A DNA stretch of 64,000 nt from a virus (lineage: Duplodnaviria; Heunggongvirae; Uroviricota; Caudoviricetes). This document shows positions 63,582 through 64,000 of this stretch, in pieces. The notes beneath the pieces are model-generated. The model saw only the letters and a program-made list of their open reading frames with translations, searched no databases and had not been told where the DNA came from. The position numbers were made by a program, and so were the translations under genes. Positions within the stretch are counted from its first letter, which is position 1; each line of letters begins with the position of its first letter. Where the stretch lies: IMG/VR virus record IMGVR_UViG_3300025011_000017; one strand, written 5' to 3'.

Positions 63582-64000
63582 ATGTCTTTCGAAACAGAAT
63601 TCGCTTGGTTAAAAGGTTATGCTAAAGGATCTAAATTTGAAAATCTTCCATCTTGTTTATATCTTGCAGAAAAATTACATGACGGACAAAAACGTAAAAA
63701 CGGAGAACCTTATTTAATTCACCCTGTACGTGCTACTTGCGCTTTAGCATCTTTAGATATTGACGATGATATTATACTATCTACTACAATATTACACGAT
63801 GCTATAGAGGATTGTGTTACTGCTGAAGAGTTAGAGTTAATTTATAAAGTTCATATACAAATAGTAAATAATATAGTTATACTAAGCAAGGAAGATGGTA
63901 TTTCCGAAGAAGTTCATTATAAAGCAATGGAAAAACATCCTCAATGTATTTTAGCTAAACTTGCGGATCGTTGTAATAATATTTCAACAATGGTTGGAGC
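63582..64000 (+). CDS. RelA/SpoT-type HD-domain (p)ppGpp hydrolase-like protein (5' part; continues beyond window)
   Basis: LHDGQKRKNGEPYLIHPV...ILHDAIED HD motifs of SpoT hydrolase domain; RBS AATGAAAGGAAT. Confidence 0.55.
   Translation, partial: MSFETEFAWLKGYAKGSKFENLPSCLYLAEKLHDGQKRKNGEPYLIHPVRATCALASLDIDDDIILSTTILHDAIEDCVTAEELELIYKVHIQIVNNIVILSKEDGISEEVHYKAMEKHPQCILAKLADRCNNISTMVG

Noticed and set aside
1-64000. CRISPR arrays, rRNA, integrase or attachment sites, transposases
   Set aside because: No direct-repeat/spacer periodicity, no rRNA-like conserved stretches, and no recombinase or transposase motifs were seen. Mobility signals are limited to homing endonucleases.

Overview
AT-rich (~30% GC) 64-kb stretch with the layout of a large virulent Firmicutes-type phage genome. 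Nearly every gene is on the + strand, tightly packed, often translationally coupled, and preceded by strong AAAGGAGG-type RBS. Operons are punctuated by a highly conserved sigma-A-like promoter family (TTGACA-N17-TGnTATAcT, about 13 copies) and by stem-loop terminators. Recognisable content is a DNA-metabolism and replication module: peptide deformylase, ATP-dependent DNA ligase, DnaB-like helicase, DnaG-like primase, RecJ-like DHH nuclease, class II B12-dependent RNR, ThyX, dUTPase, guanylate-kinase-like kinase, 5'-nucleotidase, DnaE-type polymerase, two RNA-ligase-family enzymes with a kinase-HD partner, and ClpP-like protease. It is interleaved with at least four free-standing HNH/AP2 homing endonucleases plus a truncated copy. 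The accessory content is unusually rich in NAD/ADP-ribose biology: (i) a macro-domain gene followed by a WGR-PARP-like ADP-ribosyltransferase whose WGR domain is split from the catalytic domain by a single in-frame TGA; (ii) a Prs-family phosphoribosyl-pyrophosphokinase-like gene adjacent to a clear Nampt-family gene (NARP1-like NAD reconstitution pair); (iii) a NadR-type kinase-like P-loop protein and a DUF2493/SLOG protein. There is also a Ter-like stress module (vWA with an (ACTCAA)n repeat, TerD, TerC) and a second vWA+SPFH module. The most striking candidate for an undescribed system is a radical-SAM/SPASM enzyme gene (non-canonical CX5CX3C motif) translationally coupled to four tandem paralogous small ORFs that share a conserved N-terminal K-x-[KR]-x-D[YF]-x-TNSSS[ST][SC][FY] motif with divergent C-termini (RiPP-like or protein-modification cassette). 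Other points: a single minus-strand 31-aa hydrophobic ORF (type I toxin-like), several genes whose conserved N-termini lie upstream of any ATG/GTG/TTG and appear to start at ATT/ATA after a well-spaced SD, a ligase 3'-end remnant duplicated downstream of an inserted HNH gene, and a 528-bp structured non-coding region. No rRNA, tRNA or CRISPR array was recognised.
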